Positions 19,745 through 29,022 of a DNA stretch of 34,070 bases are shown in pieces; the stretch's first letter is position 1, and every line of letters begins with the position of its first letter. Origin of the DNA: an uncultured Clostridiaceae bacterium (GTDB lineage Bacteria; Bacillota; Clostridia; Clostridiales; Clostridiaceae); the NCBI GenBank assembly GCA_964582675.1, contig CAZOTM010000002.1:1-34070 (forward strand), in the 5' to 3' direction. The notes below the pieces were generated by a model. That model was given only the letters and a program-made list of their open reading frames with translations. It did not search any database and was not told the DNA's origin. The translations under genes were made by a program, and so were the position numbers.

Positions 19745-22255
19745 ATGACCAATCCGGAAAAATTATATCTGTCCCAACCCGTGGACCTACTTTCTTCCGA
19801 AGGCATTATGCTGTCAGCAGCCTATCGCTGCGTACCAGATTGCCTTGTCGTGGTGGATGAGGCCTCAATCTTTGATACCCCCTTTTCCTATAAACGCTAC
19901 TGTCAGAAACAGAATGAATGGATGAGACAGTATAAGAAGGTCTATCGGTTCATTGACGGTGATCCTGAACTGGACTGCTTCCTTGGAAAAACGATCCGGG
20001 AGGATTCCTCCGCTTATCAGCTGACTCGATCCATAGATCGAGAACACGTCTTGCCGGACCCCTCCCCCCTGGAATATCGTTTTGAAGAGTGTTTCATCGA
20101 AGCCTTCGGGCAGGATTCCTTAAAATATCTGAAGCGGGAATATGCTTTTTTAACAGAAGATGGATCCACTGCCTTTGTGGATTATGCTTTATTCAGAAAA
20201 GACGGCATCTGGATTGCCATTGAAGAAAATGGTGTCTCCTACCATCATCCTTTCCTTATTAAGAATTCCAAATACAGCCGGATCCTTAAAAAACAAAACT
20301 CCATCATATTGACCAATGGTCTGGTCTACCGTTGGGACACCGAAAGCCTGGCCAATAAAGAACGGATCATCGATGAATTGAAGGAGTTTATCGGAGATCT
20401 TGATAACTATCTTGTCCAATTCTCACTTCTTTCCCGGCGCGGTTTTGTCCTCCATGAACATCAGACCGAATATCTTGAAAGCCTGGTAGAAGACCGAAGG
20501 TCCGGAAAACAGTCTGCATTGGTCGTATTGCCCACTGGAACGGGAAAAACCCTTATCGCTTTGGAGGATATCAAACACCTTGCTGAAGTAGAATGTCCGG
20601 TCAATGCCCTGGTGCTTGTCCCTTCCCTCGACCTGGTCAGACAGTGGGAAAGTGCTTCATTACCCTATACCAGTCCAAATCTGAACATTGAGGTAATGAC
20701 CTACGCCGCGGTTTCCAGGAAATATTTCAATGACCCGCCGGATGCCTATCACTACCTGATTGTAGACGAAGCCCACCATGCAGCTGCGCCGGTTCTCAAA
20801 AAAGTGATCCAGCATTATCAGCCGAAATTTGTCCTGGGTCTTACTGCCACTGACCAGCGGCTGGATGCTCAACGGCTGGAGGATATCTTTGGGCAATATG
20901 AAGAAAAACTGGATCTGAAACAGGCGATCGAGGAGGATTTACTATGCCAGATCCGGGCGTTCCGGCTGGAAAGCAGCCTTGATCTATCTGAAGTTCGGTT
21001 TAACGGCAGAGATTACGTGTCAGCCGATCTGGAAAGGCGGATCCGGGTCAGCTCCCGCAACGAACTCATAGCTGATACCCTGTACCAATATTTTCATACC
21101 AAGCTGCCGAATAAATCCGGACTGATTTTTTGTGTCAACATCGCTCATGCCAGGGAAATGGCCCGCCTGCTCAAAAAGCAAGGATTCAGCGCTGAGTCGG
21201 TGGATGGGCAGGATCCTGACCGGAAACAGAAAATCGACGGATATATGAACCGCTACATTCAGTTTCTGTGTACCTGCAGTCTCCTCAATGAAGGATGGGA
21301 TGCTCCCCATACTTCCGTTATTGTCATGGCTCGCCCTACTTTATCCAAAGTATTGTATACCCAGCAATTGGGCAGAGGGACCAGAAAGGCACCCGGCAAA
21401 GAAGCGCTCTATGTCATCGATGTGGTGGATCACTACGGTTCCTTTGGTGATGTCAGCAACCGACCCTGGTCCGTTCACGCTCTTTTGGGGCTTGAATATT
21501 ACCAACCGTTCGGTGATCTGATCCAAAAACCTGGTACAGATACAAACGAATTGATCATCCTGGATTCCACTCACGAAAAGTTGATTAAACTTCAACCTTA
21601 CGAACTTTTCACCATGCAAAAGCTATATGAGGATTATTTGTCCGTGGAGTCTATGGCCCGCGAACTCTTCGTTTCCACCGGCACGGTCATGAGCTGGATC
21701 TTGAAGGGAGAAGTTAAACCTGAGTTGACCCTCCCGATGGGGCGAAGTTCTGTGAGGCTGTTTCATCCGCGTCAGGCGGAAGAAATCCGCCGCCAAAAGG
21801 GATTAACAATACATACCGAAGATACGGTGGTCGAAGACTTCTGGGCATTCATCGAAGAGAGAACCTACAGTTTCAGCTATAAAATGTTTTTTATTCTATC
21901 CTTACTTCAGGTGGCGGACAGTACCGGTGATGCCGATATCAATGCATTGATGGAACGATACCGGACTTTTTACCTGGAACGGCATGAGCTGAACAAACCG
22001 GTCGATCGTCCCAATAGTCCCTATCATGATAAGGAATTCCTTTTGGATGACCGGGCACTTACCCAAAGTATTATGACCAATCCCTTTGAAAAATTCGAGC
22101 GAAAAAGGTTCCTGTATTATGCCCGGGATCTCAAGCAGATCTCGATCCACCACCGCATCTGGGATGATCTGATTCGGAACGGGGGAGGCGAGAGGCTTAA
22201 AAATCAAATGATGGACGACCTTAAGAATTACTATGAACCTCTGGGTGGTTATTAA
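19745..22255 (+). CDS. SF2 (ResIII/DEAH) helicase with an N-terminal Vsr/PD-(D/E)XK-like nuclease domain and C-terminal HTH plus helical domain
   Basis: SPLEYRF...FVDYAL...IAIEENGVSYH...KQNS...VYRW nuclease-like signature. Helicase motifs LPTGTGKT, IVDEAHHA, LGLTAT, LNEGWDAP and QQLGRGTR. HTH-like LSVESMARELFVSTGTVMSWILKG. Confidence 0.85.
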   Translation: MTNPEKLYLSQPVDLLSSEGIMLSAAYRCVPDCLVVVDEASIFDTPFSYKRYCQKQNEWMRQYKKVYRFIDGDPELDCFLGKTIREDSSAYQLTRSIDREHVLPDPSPLEYRFEECFIEAFGQDSLKYLKREYAFLTEDGSTAFVDYALFRKDGIWIAIEENGVSYHHPFLIKNSKYSRILKKQNSIILTNGLVYRWDTESLANKERIIDELKEFIGDLDNYLVQFSLLSRRGFVLHEHQTEYLESLVEDRRSGKQSALVVLPTGTGKTLIALEDIKHLAEVECPVNALVLVPSLDLVRQWESASLPYTSPNLNIEVMTYAAVSRKYFNDPPDAYHYLIVDEAHHAAAPVLKKVIQHYQPKFVLGLTATDQRLDAQRLEDIFGQYEEKLDLKQAIEEDLLCQIRAFRLESSLDLSEVRFNGRDYVSADLERRIRVSSRNELIADTLYQYFHTKLPNKSGLIFCVNIAHAREMARLLKKQGFSAESVDGQDPDRKQKIDGYMNRYIQFLCTCSLLNEGWDAPHTSVIVMARPTLSKVLYTQQLGRGTRKAPGKEALYVIDVVDHYGSFGDVSNRPWSVHALLGLEYYQPFGDLIQKPGTDTNELIILDSTHEKLIKLQPYELFTMQKLYEDYLSVESMARELFVSTGTVMSWILKGEVKPELTLPMGRSSVRLFHPRQAEEIRRQKGLTIHTEDTVVEDFWAFIEERTYSFSYKMFFILSLLQVADSTGDADINALMERYRTFYLERHELNKPVDRPNSPYHDKEFLLDDRALTQSIMTNPFEKFERKRFLYYARDLKQISIHHRIWDDLIRNGGGERLKNQMMDDLKNYYEPLGGY

Positions 22256-22338
22256 ATATCACGATTATCACGAAAAGTGATTAAAAGAAAATTCTGAAGT
22301 TTTTCGAAATAAACAACAATAAAAATATGAGGTGAACT

Positions 22339-22719
22339 ATGAAAAAGAATGGATGTATCTTCTGTGAGCTGTCTGAAGGTCCGCAGGAAATCGAGAATAA
22401 ATTTTTTTATGGTAAATTTGACAGTTATCCCGTATCCCCAGGGCACTTACTGATTATCCCCAAGCGACACGTTGAAACTATGTTTGATTTAACTGAAGAA
22501 GAACGAACAGCCCTCTGCAATCTGGTCGCAGAGGGTAAAGAAATGCTGGAGGATAAGTATCATCCGGATGGATTTAATTTCGGGGTTAATCAGGGCGTTG
22601 CAGCCGGGCAGACCATTCCCCACCTGCACCTCCACATTATACCGAGGTACACAGGTGATATGGCAGCTCCCGAGGGCGGGGTTCGGGGTGTAATTCCGGA
22701 AAAACGGAAATATCGGTAA
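22339..22719 (+). CDS. HIT family nucleotide hydrolase
   Basis: CIFC, YPVSPGHLLIIPKRH and AAGQTIPHLHLHIIPR (histidine triad). GAGGTG SD. Confidence 0.95.
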   Translation: MKKNGCIFCELSEGPQEIENKFFYGKFDSYPVSPGHLLIIPKRHVETMFDLTEEERTALCNLVAEGKEMLEDKYHPDGFNFGVNQGVAAGQTIPHLHLHIIPRYTGDMAAPEGGVRGVIPEKRKYR

Positions 22720-23093
22720 GAATCAGTGAAAGTGGCGCCAAAATCGTCGATGAATTGCCCATGGGAACTTCGCAGGAAATCGCCTGCTCAATACCCTTCT
22801 TCCAGAACTGGATGAAGGTGTAAACCAGCTACTTCGAAGGCTCTCGAAATACTGATACCTTTCGTAAATCTCTGGTTCGAACACTTCAAATCCCTCGAGA
22901 AATCAGAAATCGTCCAGGAGTAAGGCAGCTAAGCTATCCGACGATCTTAAATTATCACCAGAACTCGTAAATTGGTACACCTTTCTCCTCCAATCCGCCC
23001 CTGAACTTTTTGAATTTAACCAGAAAACCTGACTTTTTTATTTAGGCAACACACTTCAACGATTTTGGGACGTTGAACGCAAGGAGAGAAAAA

Positions 23094-24071
23094 ATGGATC
23101 GAGTCATGAACTATGTTTATATGGTCTACCAGGAGAAGAGTTTTACTAAGGCGGCTGAGAAACTCTACATCTCCCAGCCGGCGTTGAGTGCCATGGTCAA
23201 AAAGGCGGAAAGTGATATCAACGCAACAATTTTCGATCGATCCACCACGCCGATCTCCCTGACGGCAGCTGGTGTCCAATACATCAAATTTGTTGAGGAA
23301 TTTATGGAGATTCATCGGCGGATGGATGCGTACTTCAACTCCAATGGGGCGGACCTGGGAAATGATATCCGCGTCGGCGGCACTTCGTTTTTCTGCTCTT
23401 ACATTTTCCCCCCGGTGATCCAATCGTTTAGGCAATCCTTCCCCAATGCCAATTTTCAATTCATTGAAGCGAAAAATGTGGAGCTGGCGGATCATCTGGT
23501 GAACGGCGACATCGATCTGTTCATGGAGGTCGACGAAATCAGGCGAAAGGGGATCGGCAGCTTCTCATGGGGCAAGGAAGCATTACTGCTGGCAGTCCCA
23601 AAACACTTTGCGGTCAATGAAAAGCTGCGAAATCTGGCCCTGACGGCGGAAGAGATTCAGGCCAACGTCCATATGGACAACGCCATACCCGGGGTGCAGA
23701 TGCGAGCTTTTAAGGATGAGCCGTTTATTCTGCTTCGAGAGGGCAATGACAGTTACAATCGCGCATTGGAGATCTGTCGGAAACAGGGGTTCCTCCCCAA
23801 AGTGTTCATGAAAATGGACTCGCTGTTGACCTGCAGCCTGCTGGCTTCAGAAGGCCATGGTGTGGCCTTTGTCCGCGATGAGATTTTAGGATCGCTGCTT
23901 CTGGAGAATAAGCTCTCCTTTTATAAGATCGATGATCCGCTGGCGATCCGGGATATTTATGTTTACTATCAGGAACAGGGGGCGACGAAATTAATCGTGG
24001 AGTCGTTTTTGGCCTTTATGCGCAGCCATCCGTTCCGAAGCGATTCAATGGCGGTTCCGCCATTTGTCTAA
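23094..24071 (+). CDS. LysR family transcriptional regulator
   Basis: SFTKAAEKLYISQPALS...IFDRST..ISLTAAG. AAGGAG SD favours ATG at 23094. Confidence 0.95.
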   Translation: MDRVMNYVYMVYQEKSFTKAAEKLYISQPALSAMVKKAESDINATIFDRSTTPISLTAAGVQYIKFVEEFMEIHRRMDAYFNSNGADLGNDIRVGGTSFFCSYIFPPVIQSFRQSFPNANFQFIEAKNVELADHLVNGDIDLFMEVDEIRRKGIGSFSWGKEALLLAVPKHFAVNEKLRNLALTAEEIQANVHMDNAIPGVQMRAFKDEPFILLREGNDSYNRALEICRKQGFLPKVFMKMDSLLTCSLLASEGHGVAFVRDEILGSLLLENKLSFYKIDDPLAIRDIYVYYQEQGATKLIVESFLAFMRSHPFRSDSMAVPPFV

Positions 24072-24110
24072 AACTAAGGAATTCATTTCAATATTACTCC
24101 CAGGGATAAG

Positions 24111-24138
24111 AAAACCATTATGGCAGCATAATGGTTTT
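24111..24138. promoter_or_regulatory. Perfect 12-bp inverted repeat between lysR and the aminotransferase gene (terminator and/or operator)
   Basis: AAAACCATTATG-GCAG-CATAATGGTTTT. Confidence 0.6.
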
Positions 24139-24203
24139 TGTATTTTACGTTTGAAGTCTTTTCCCGGATAATATGTCCATACCAGTCCTAAGGGAGGATA
24201 TGA

Positions 24204-25481
24204 ATGTCTCAGTTTATTTTCAATGATGATTTATTAGAGGAGATCCGGTCCAGGTTTTATTATGTAACTCAGGATTGCTTCGGCCGGGATCGAATCTTTT
24301 TCGAAAATTCCGGGGGATCCCTCCGGCTCAAAGCCGCCGTCGAGGCAAAGGCCGAATGGGAACAGATCGGAGAGTGTCCAGAACGGACCAATGATGTGGC
24401 CAAAAAACTCCAGGGTGCCAAGGAAAAAGGATTGGCTGATCTAAGGATTATTTTTGGCGGGGATGAATCCGGATCCATTGTCACAGAATTGACCCCATCC
24501 CAAGTCATGTTTCGGATCACCAGGGCTATCATCGAGAATGTTCCGGGGAAAAATGTCGTCACGACATCCTTAGAGCACCCGTCGGCCTATGACTCGGCGA
24601 AGTATTATGCCGAAAAGATGGGCATGGAACTGCGGGTTGCCCAGGCAAACCCGGTAACGGGGGGCGTGGATACCGAGAAAATCCTTGAGCTTATTGATAA
24701 GGATACCTGTTTGCTTAGTGTCATGAGCGCATCCAATATTTCGGGATACATTTTTGACCTGGAAGCGATCATCAAGGGGGCCAGAGGGATCAAGCCGGAT
24801 CTCTACATTATCTCTGACGCCGTCCAGCATCTGCCCCACAGCGCCATGGAAGCGGGCCGATTGGGTCTGGATGGAGTGAATTATGGTCCATACAAACATT
24901 TCGGTATCCGGGGCTGCGGTTATGGCTATGTGTCAGAGCGGGTTGCCCGGCTGCCTCATGATAAACTTTCCGCCAAAGCGGATACAGAGTGGGAATTGGG
25001 CACCTATCCTCATCCGAACTTTGCAGCCCTTTCAGCTGTAGTGGATTATGTCTGCTGGATCGGCTCCCAGTATTCTGAGGCAGCGGATCGCGGCGAGTTG
25101 TATCGCATCGGGATGGATAAAATCCATGCCCATGAGTTTACTCTGCTCCAACGCTTAATGGAAGGGACCGCCGAGCGTCCGGGCCTTCGTCACATGGACG
25201 GGGTCGAAGTCTACGCCTATTCCGATCAGACCGGAACGAGAGATTTGATCGCAGCCATCGGTATCACCGGTATGGATCATTCTCAGGCGGTGGAAGAGTA
25301 CTATCGGCGGGGGATCACACTTTATGAGCGAGTCAATAAAAGTCTCTACTCCAAACGGATCGTGGAGTCCCTTGATCTTACCGGAGCAATCAGGGTGTCG
25401 CCATTTCATGCCAACACCTTGGATGAAATCGACGAGTTTTTAAATATAACGGAAGCCATCATCGCTTCGAAAGGCAGATAA
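24204..25481 (+). CDS. Aminotransferase class V PLP enzyme (cysteine desulfurase-like)
   Basis: FFENSGGS, TSLEHPS, ASNISG, SDAVQHLPH, PLP lysine in GPYKHFG, ELGT and IRVSPFHANT. Confidence 0.85.
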   Translation: MSQFIFNDDLLEEIRSRFYYVTQDCFGRDRIFFENSGGSLRLKAAVEAKAEWEQIGECPERTNDVAKKLQGAKEKGLADLRIIFGGDESGSIVTELTPSQVMFRITRAIIENVPGKNVVTTSLEHPSAYDSAKYYAEKMGMELRVAQANPVTGGVDTEKILELIDKDTCLLSVMSASNISGYIFDLEAIIKGARGIKPDLYIISDAVQHLPHSAMEAGRLGLDGVNYGPYKHFGIRGCGYGYVSERVARLPHDKLSAKADTEWELGTYPHPNFAALSAVVDYVCWIGSQYSEAADRGELYRIGMDKIHAHEFTLLQRLMEGTAERPGLRHMDGVEVYAYSDQTGTRDLIAAIGITGMDHSQAVEEYYRRGITLYERVNKSLYSKRIVESLDLTGAIRVSPFHANTLDEIDEFLNITEAIIASKGR

Positions 25482-25483
25482 TC

Positions 25484-26731
25484 ATGAATGCATTGAAAAA
25501 AATGTCACTGGGTACTCAGATCCTCATCGCCATCGCCGTGGGCCTGATCATAGGTTTTGCTTCACCGCAACTGGCTGGCGCCATCAAGCCTCTGGGAGAT
25601 ATCTTTCTGAGACTTCTTAAAATGCTCATCGTTCCACTCGTCTTTTTCAGCATCACCAGCGGGGTCACCAAAATGGGCGATATCAAGCAGCTCAGGACCG
25701 TAGGCCTGCGGTTTGTTGTCTGGATCGTCATCAGTGCAATCATCGCCGCACTGATCGGTGTCGCAGTCGGTTTGGTCGTTCAACCGGGACAGGGCACCAC
25801 GGAGTTCCTGGCCACCGGCATAGAGACCAAAGTTGCAGAATACAACTTCATCAACAACATGGTTGCCTGGGTCCCGGAAAACATCATTGCAGCCATGGTC
25901 AATGCTGATATGCTGCAGATTATCTTCTTCTGTCTGTTCCTCGGCGTGGCCCTCCTGGCCCTGGGGGATCGGGTAAAGGGCTTAGTCGCCCTCATCGATC
26001 AGGGCAGTGAGACCATGCTCAAAATCACGGACTATGTTATGCGCTATGCTCCCATCGGCATTATGGCTTTGATGGCCCGCATGGTGACCACCGTCAGCGG
26101 CGCCATGATGAAGGAGATCGTTGTATTCCTCGCAGCTGATGTGGTCAGTGCAATCTTCATCCTCGTAGTCATCTATCCGATCCTGACCAAAATCTTTGCC
26201 CGGGTCAACCCCCTTAAGTTCTTCAAGAAGATCACCCCGGTAATCCTTGTGGCCGCATCCACCACATCCTCCGCGGCGACCCTGCCGGTATCGCTGAAAA
26301 CGGCGGATGAAAAGCTGGGCATCCCGGAGAACATCTATGGTTTCACGCTTCCCTTGGGGAATACAGCGGGAATGAGCGGCTTTGCCCTGTTTGTCGGTCT
26401 CTGCTGCATCTTTGCCTCCAATCTGTATGGCTTTGAAGTCACTATCCCCCGCATCGTGGAATTTGTATTCCTTGGTATGATCCTCTCCATTGGCGCGGCT
26501 GGAGTCAAAGGCGCTGGAGTGGTAATGTCCACTGTGCTCCTGCAGACACTGGGTATGCCCCTGACCCTGATCCCGGTCCTTGCCGCCATCTGGCCAGTCA
26601 TCGATCCCGGACACACCGTACTTAACAATGTCGGGGACCTGGTTGGAACTGCCGTGGTTGCACGCAGCCTTGACCGCATGGATATGACAGTCTTCGAGAA
26701 TGAAACTGCGGTAACTGCAGTAACCGAGTAG
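25484..26731 (+). CDS. Dicarboxylate/amino acid:cation symporter (DAACS)
   Basis: GDIFLRLLKMLIVPLVF, APIGI, STTSSAATLP, FTLPLGNT and TVLNNVGD. Starts 2 bp after the aminotransferase stop. Confidence 0.93.
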   Translation: MNALKKMSLGTQILIAIAVGLIIGFASPQLAGAIKPLGDIFLRLLKMLIVPLVFFSITSGVTKMGDIKQLRTVGLRFVVWIVISAIIAALIGVAVGLVVQPGQGTTEFLATGIETKVAEYNFINNMVAWVPENIIAAMVNADMLQIIFFCLFLGVALLALGDRVKGLVALIDQGSETMLKITDYVMRYAPIGIMALMARMVTTVSGAMMKEIVVFLAADVVSAIFILVVIYPILTKIFARVNPLKFFKKITPVILVAASTTSSAATLPVSLKTADEKLGIPENIYGFTLPLGNTAGMSGFALFVGLCCIFASNLYGFEVTIPRIVEFVFLGMILSIGAAGVKGAGVVMSTVLLQTLGMPLTLIPVLAAIWPVIDPGHTVLNNVGDLVGTAVVARSLDRMDMTVFENETAVTAVTE

Positions 26732-26794
26732 AGGAAACAAGCACGCCAACCCAGAACTATAATCAATCCGATTACTGAATGGTTAAACATCATA

Positions 26795-26836
26795 AAAAAT
26801 CCGATGGGTCATCACCAAGTGACTCATCGGATTTTT
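26795..26836 (+). terminator. Intrinsic terminator, possibly bidirectional
   Basis: AAAAATCCGATGGGTCA ... TGACTCATCGGATTTTT. Confidence 0.8.
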
Positions 26837-26865
26837 ATTGCAATGAAGTTGAGTAAAATTCAACC

Positions 26866-27005
26866 TACCAAAAGGGCACCGTGGAAAACAACCACATTCA
26901 GATTTTGCTGCCATCTATCGGGAGGAACTACTGAAAAAGATGGGAGTAGACCTTATCCCAGCCGATAAGGTCATACTCCGCCCATCTCATCCTATAAAAC
27001 ACTAG
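26866..27005 (+). pseudogene. IS30-family transposase C-terminal relic
   Basis: YQKGTVENNH (IS30 catalytic-Glu region, QKG..EN.H), then in another frame FAAIYREELLKKMGVDLIPADKVILRPSHPIKH*, resembling Firmicute IS30 C-termini. Confidence 0.6.
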
Positions 27006-27091
27006 TTGACTTGAGGCCCTATCTAAAATGACCCAATTGAATCTATCCAGTAGGGGTGGAATTTACGTTTTCAATTAAGGTCTATACCATT

Positions 27092-27115
27092 AAAAAAGAC
27101 CCGGGAAAGGGTCTT
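27092..27115 (-). terminator. Intrinsic terminator for the minus-strand 27176 gene
   Basis: AAGACCC-GGGAAA-GGGTCTT with an upstream A-run on the + strand (U-tract on -). Confidence 0.6.
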
Positions 27116-27175
27116 CTTTGGTTGATGATTTGTTCAGCTCCGGAGGAGTGTACCTTCATTTAAATTGATTTATAT

Positions 27176-27676
27176 CTATTGACCGGATTGTTGGATGAAT
27201 ATCTTTTCAATCCTATAGCGCGATCCCTTCAAGGTGATGACGTCGCCTACTTGCCGGCCTGCCAACGCTTTAGCAAATGTCGATTCAGGCGATATGCAAT
27301 CCTTTGATCCAAATCTGTCTTCGGCTGATTCAGGAGCGATTGTAACAGTACGTAGGTGGTGCTCACCGATGCAGTATAGTGTGTACTGGCTGCCTGTTGG
27401 AATGCTATAATCGAATTTCGATTTTACCTTATCTCTTTTTTTATGTGATCTCTGTTTATGAGTACTCTCCACAGGTGTTGGTTCAACATTTTCATTTTGA
27501 GATCTGTTTTCCTTATAATGCTCACAATGAGTTGAACCTGGACATGGAATTAGGCTATATCCACAGCGACCATCACCGTACCATGAGCACTTTGCTTTAT
27601 GTCGTTTGTGCTGATCATTTGGATGTAGCATCTCCACATGCCAAGGTGCTCCGGTCATTGATTTCTTGATACCCAT
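27176..27676 (-). CDS. Hypothetical protein: N-terminal Cys/His cluster plus GreA/GreB C-terminal-like domain
   Basis: HKAKCSWY...CGYSLIPCPGSTHCEHY and a C-terminal ISPESTFAKALAGRQVGDVI...YRIEKI (Gre CTD motif ISxxSPxxxALxG). Start uncertain (TTG 27742 or ATG 27676). Confidence 0.7.
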   Translation of the reverse strand: MGIKKSMTGAPWHVEMLHPNDQHKRHKAKCSWYGDGRCGYSLIPCPGSTHCEHYKENRSQNENVEPTPVESTHKQRSHKKRDKVKSKFDYSIPTGSQYTLYCIGEHHLRTVTIAPESAEDRFGSKDCISPESTFAKALAGRQVGDVITLKGSRYRIEKIFIQQSGQ

Positions 27677-28271
27677 AGTTCCCAACAGTCCTTTCTGCCC
27701 GGATGAGACGGGGTGGTTCCGACTGGGTGTCTCATCTGACAAATGTAATCATTTGCTTTATTATACCATTTAGTCAGCTTTATACTTAAGTGGGATTTTC
27801 AGCTAATTTCCGAGATTGAGATTTATGAGTGGTTATAGACCTGAAACTGTCAAAGCCAGATTGGCTTTTTTTTTATGAGCTACCAATTTAAGAAATATCA
27901 TTCGGGATGATGAGTTGTGAATATTTCAAGCACACCGGATCAGAAGACATCCAAATCTTGCCGGAACCAATCATCTGAGTCCTCACCAAAGTTGGGGCTG
28001 TAGAAGCGAGTCTGACCTTTCGGATTTAGTGTGTTATTGCAGAACTGTCATTGGAAGAAGACTTTTGTGGTTTATACCTTTAGGGTATTGTGTGCAGCGA
28101 GCATGGTCGCCAATGGATTTCGAGAAACCTTTCAGAATTGGGCAGAAAAGGCTCAAGGGTGCCTGATAAGCAGATATGAAACGACCTATTTAATAATCGA
28201 AACGATAGCTGCCAGAGAGATCAGAGTTCAGGAATTTTTTATAATGAGTACAGTTGGGATATAGGGTAGCA

Positions 28272-28475
28272 TTCAGTCATGCGTAGAGGCTTTGCCTCCA
28301 GACAAATGAGTAAGCCATTGGGGCGTCGCTTGCGGATAGTATCGATTATGCGTCGATATTTGGGGCGCTGGCGTGATGGACTCATCGTATACAACAATGA
28401 CTTTCTGATTCAAAGCGCCTTTGAAGTTATCCAGATTGCTGACAGCGGTGCCATGGAGAGGATCTGGACATCCTG
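28272..28475 (-). pseudogene. Frameshifted fragment of an SF2 DEAH helicase (motif II-III region)
   Basis: Joining across three frameshifts gives QDVQILSM/TAVSNLDNFKGALNQKVIVVYDE/HHASAP/YRRIIDTIRKRRPNGLLICLEAKPLRMTE, collinear with the helicase at 29276. Confidence 0.7.
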
Positions 28476-29022
28476 TTTTTCTGTCCAATTAAAATGGTAT
28501 TCTTGATGTAGATACTTAATGGAATAAGTTTGATAGGTTTTTAATATCTGCTTTCATCATTATTCTTTTCAAATTTTTCGATAAAATTTGTATTATTATA
28601 ACAAGATAGGCGGCTCGATGAGTCATCAATAGGTACATTTCTCAATGGTAAAACTGCTTTGAGGCTATATTTTGGTGCTGACTGGATAATGTGGAAGTCA
28701 ACATAAAAACGGGTAAATTTATATGCATTCCAGGGAATCGAAGGAGAGTTTTTCTATTTGAGAAGTAAATTGATCAAAACAATGTGATGATTATCCATCA
28801 ATGTGATATAATCGTTTTCAAATATCGCTATTACAGGCTTTTTTAAGGGGTATTTATCTGAAAAATTGGGACATTCTGGTTTTTTATTTGATTTGGGTAG
28901 TTTAAGAATGAAAGCTGGCATAACAGAACCCTATTGGTCTTAGTTGAATTGAGTTTAGCAAAATCTGTTCTTTCCAAAACACTTTGGTATTCTCGTTGAA
29001 CTCACGAATAATAGCCCCATTG

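Noticed and set aside
23016-23495. 159-aa minus-strand ORF
   Set aside because: Antisense shadow of the clear LysR gene, with no motifs of its own.
25982-26793. 255-aa and 152-aa minus-strand ORFs
   Set aside because: Antisense to the DAACS transporter, with no SD or recognisable domain.
27852-27874. Terminator-like AAAGCC-AGATT-GGCTTT-T-run as evidence for an sRNA or toxin-antitoxin locus
   Set aside because: No convincing promoter or small toxin ORF was found upstream.
28031-28506. 77-aa and 75-aa plus-strand ORFs and the 71-aa minus ORF as real genes
   Set aside because: Better explained as the antisense or a single frame of a decayed helicase.
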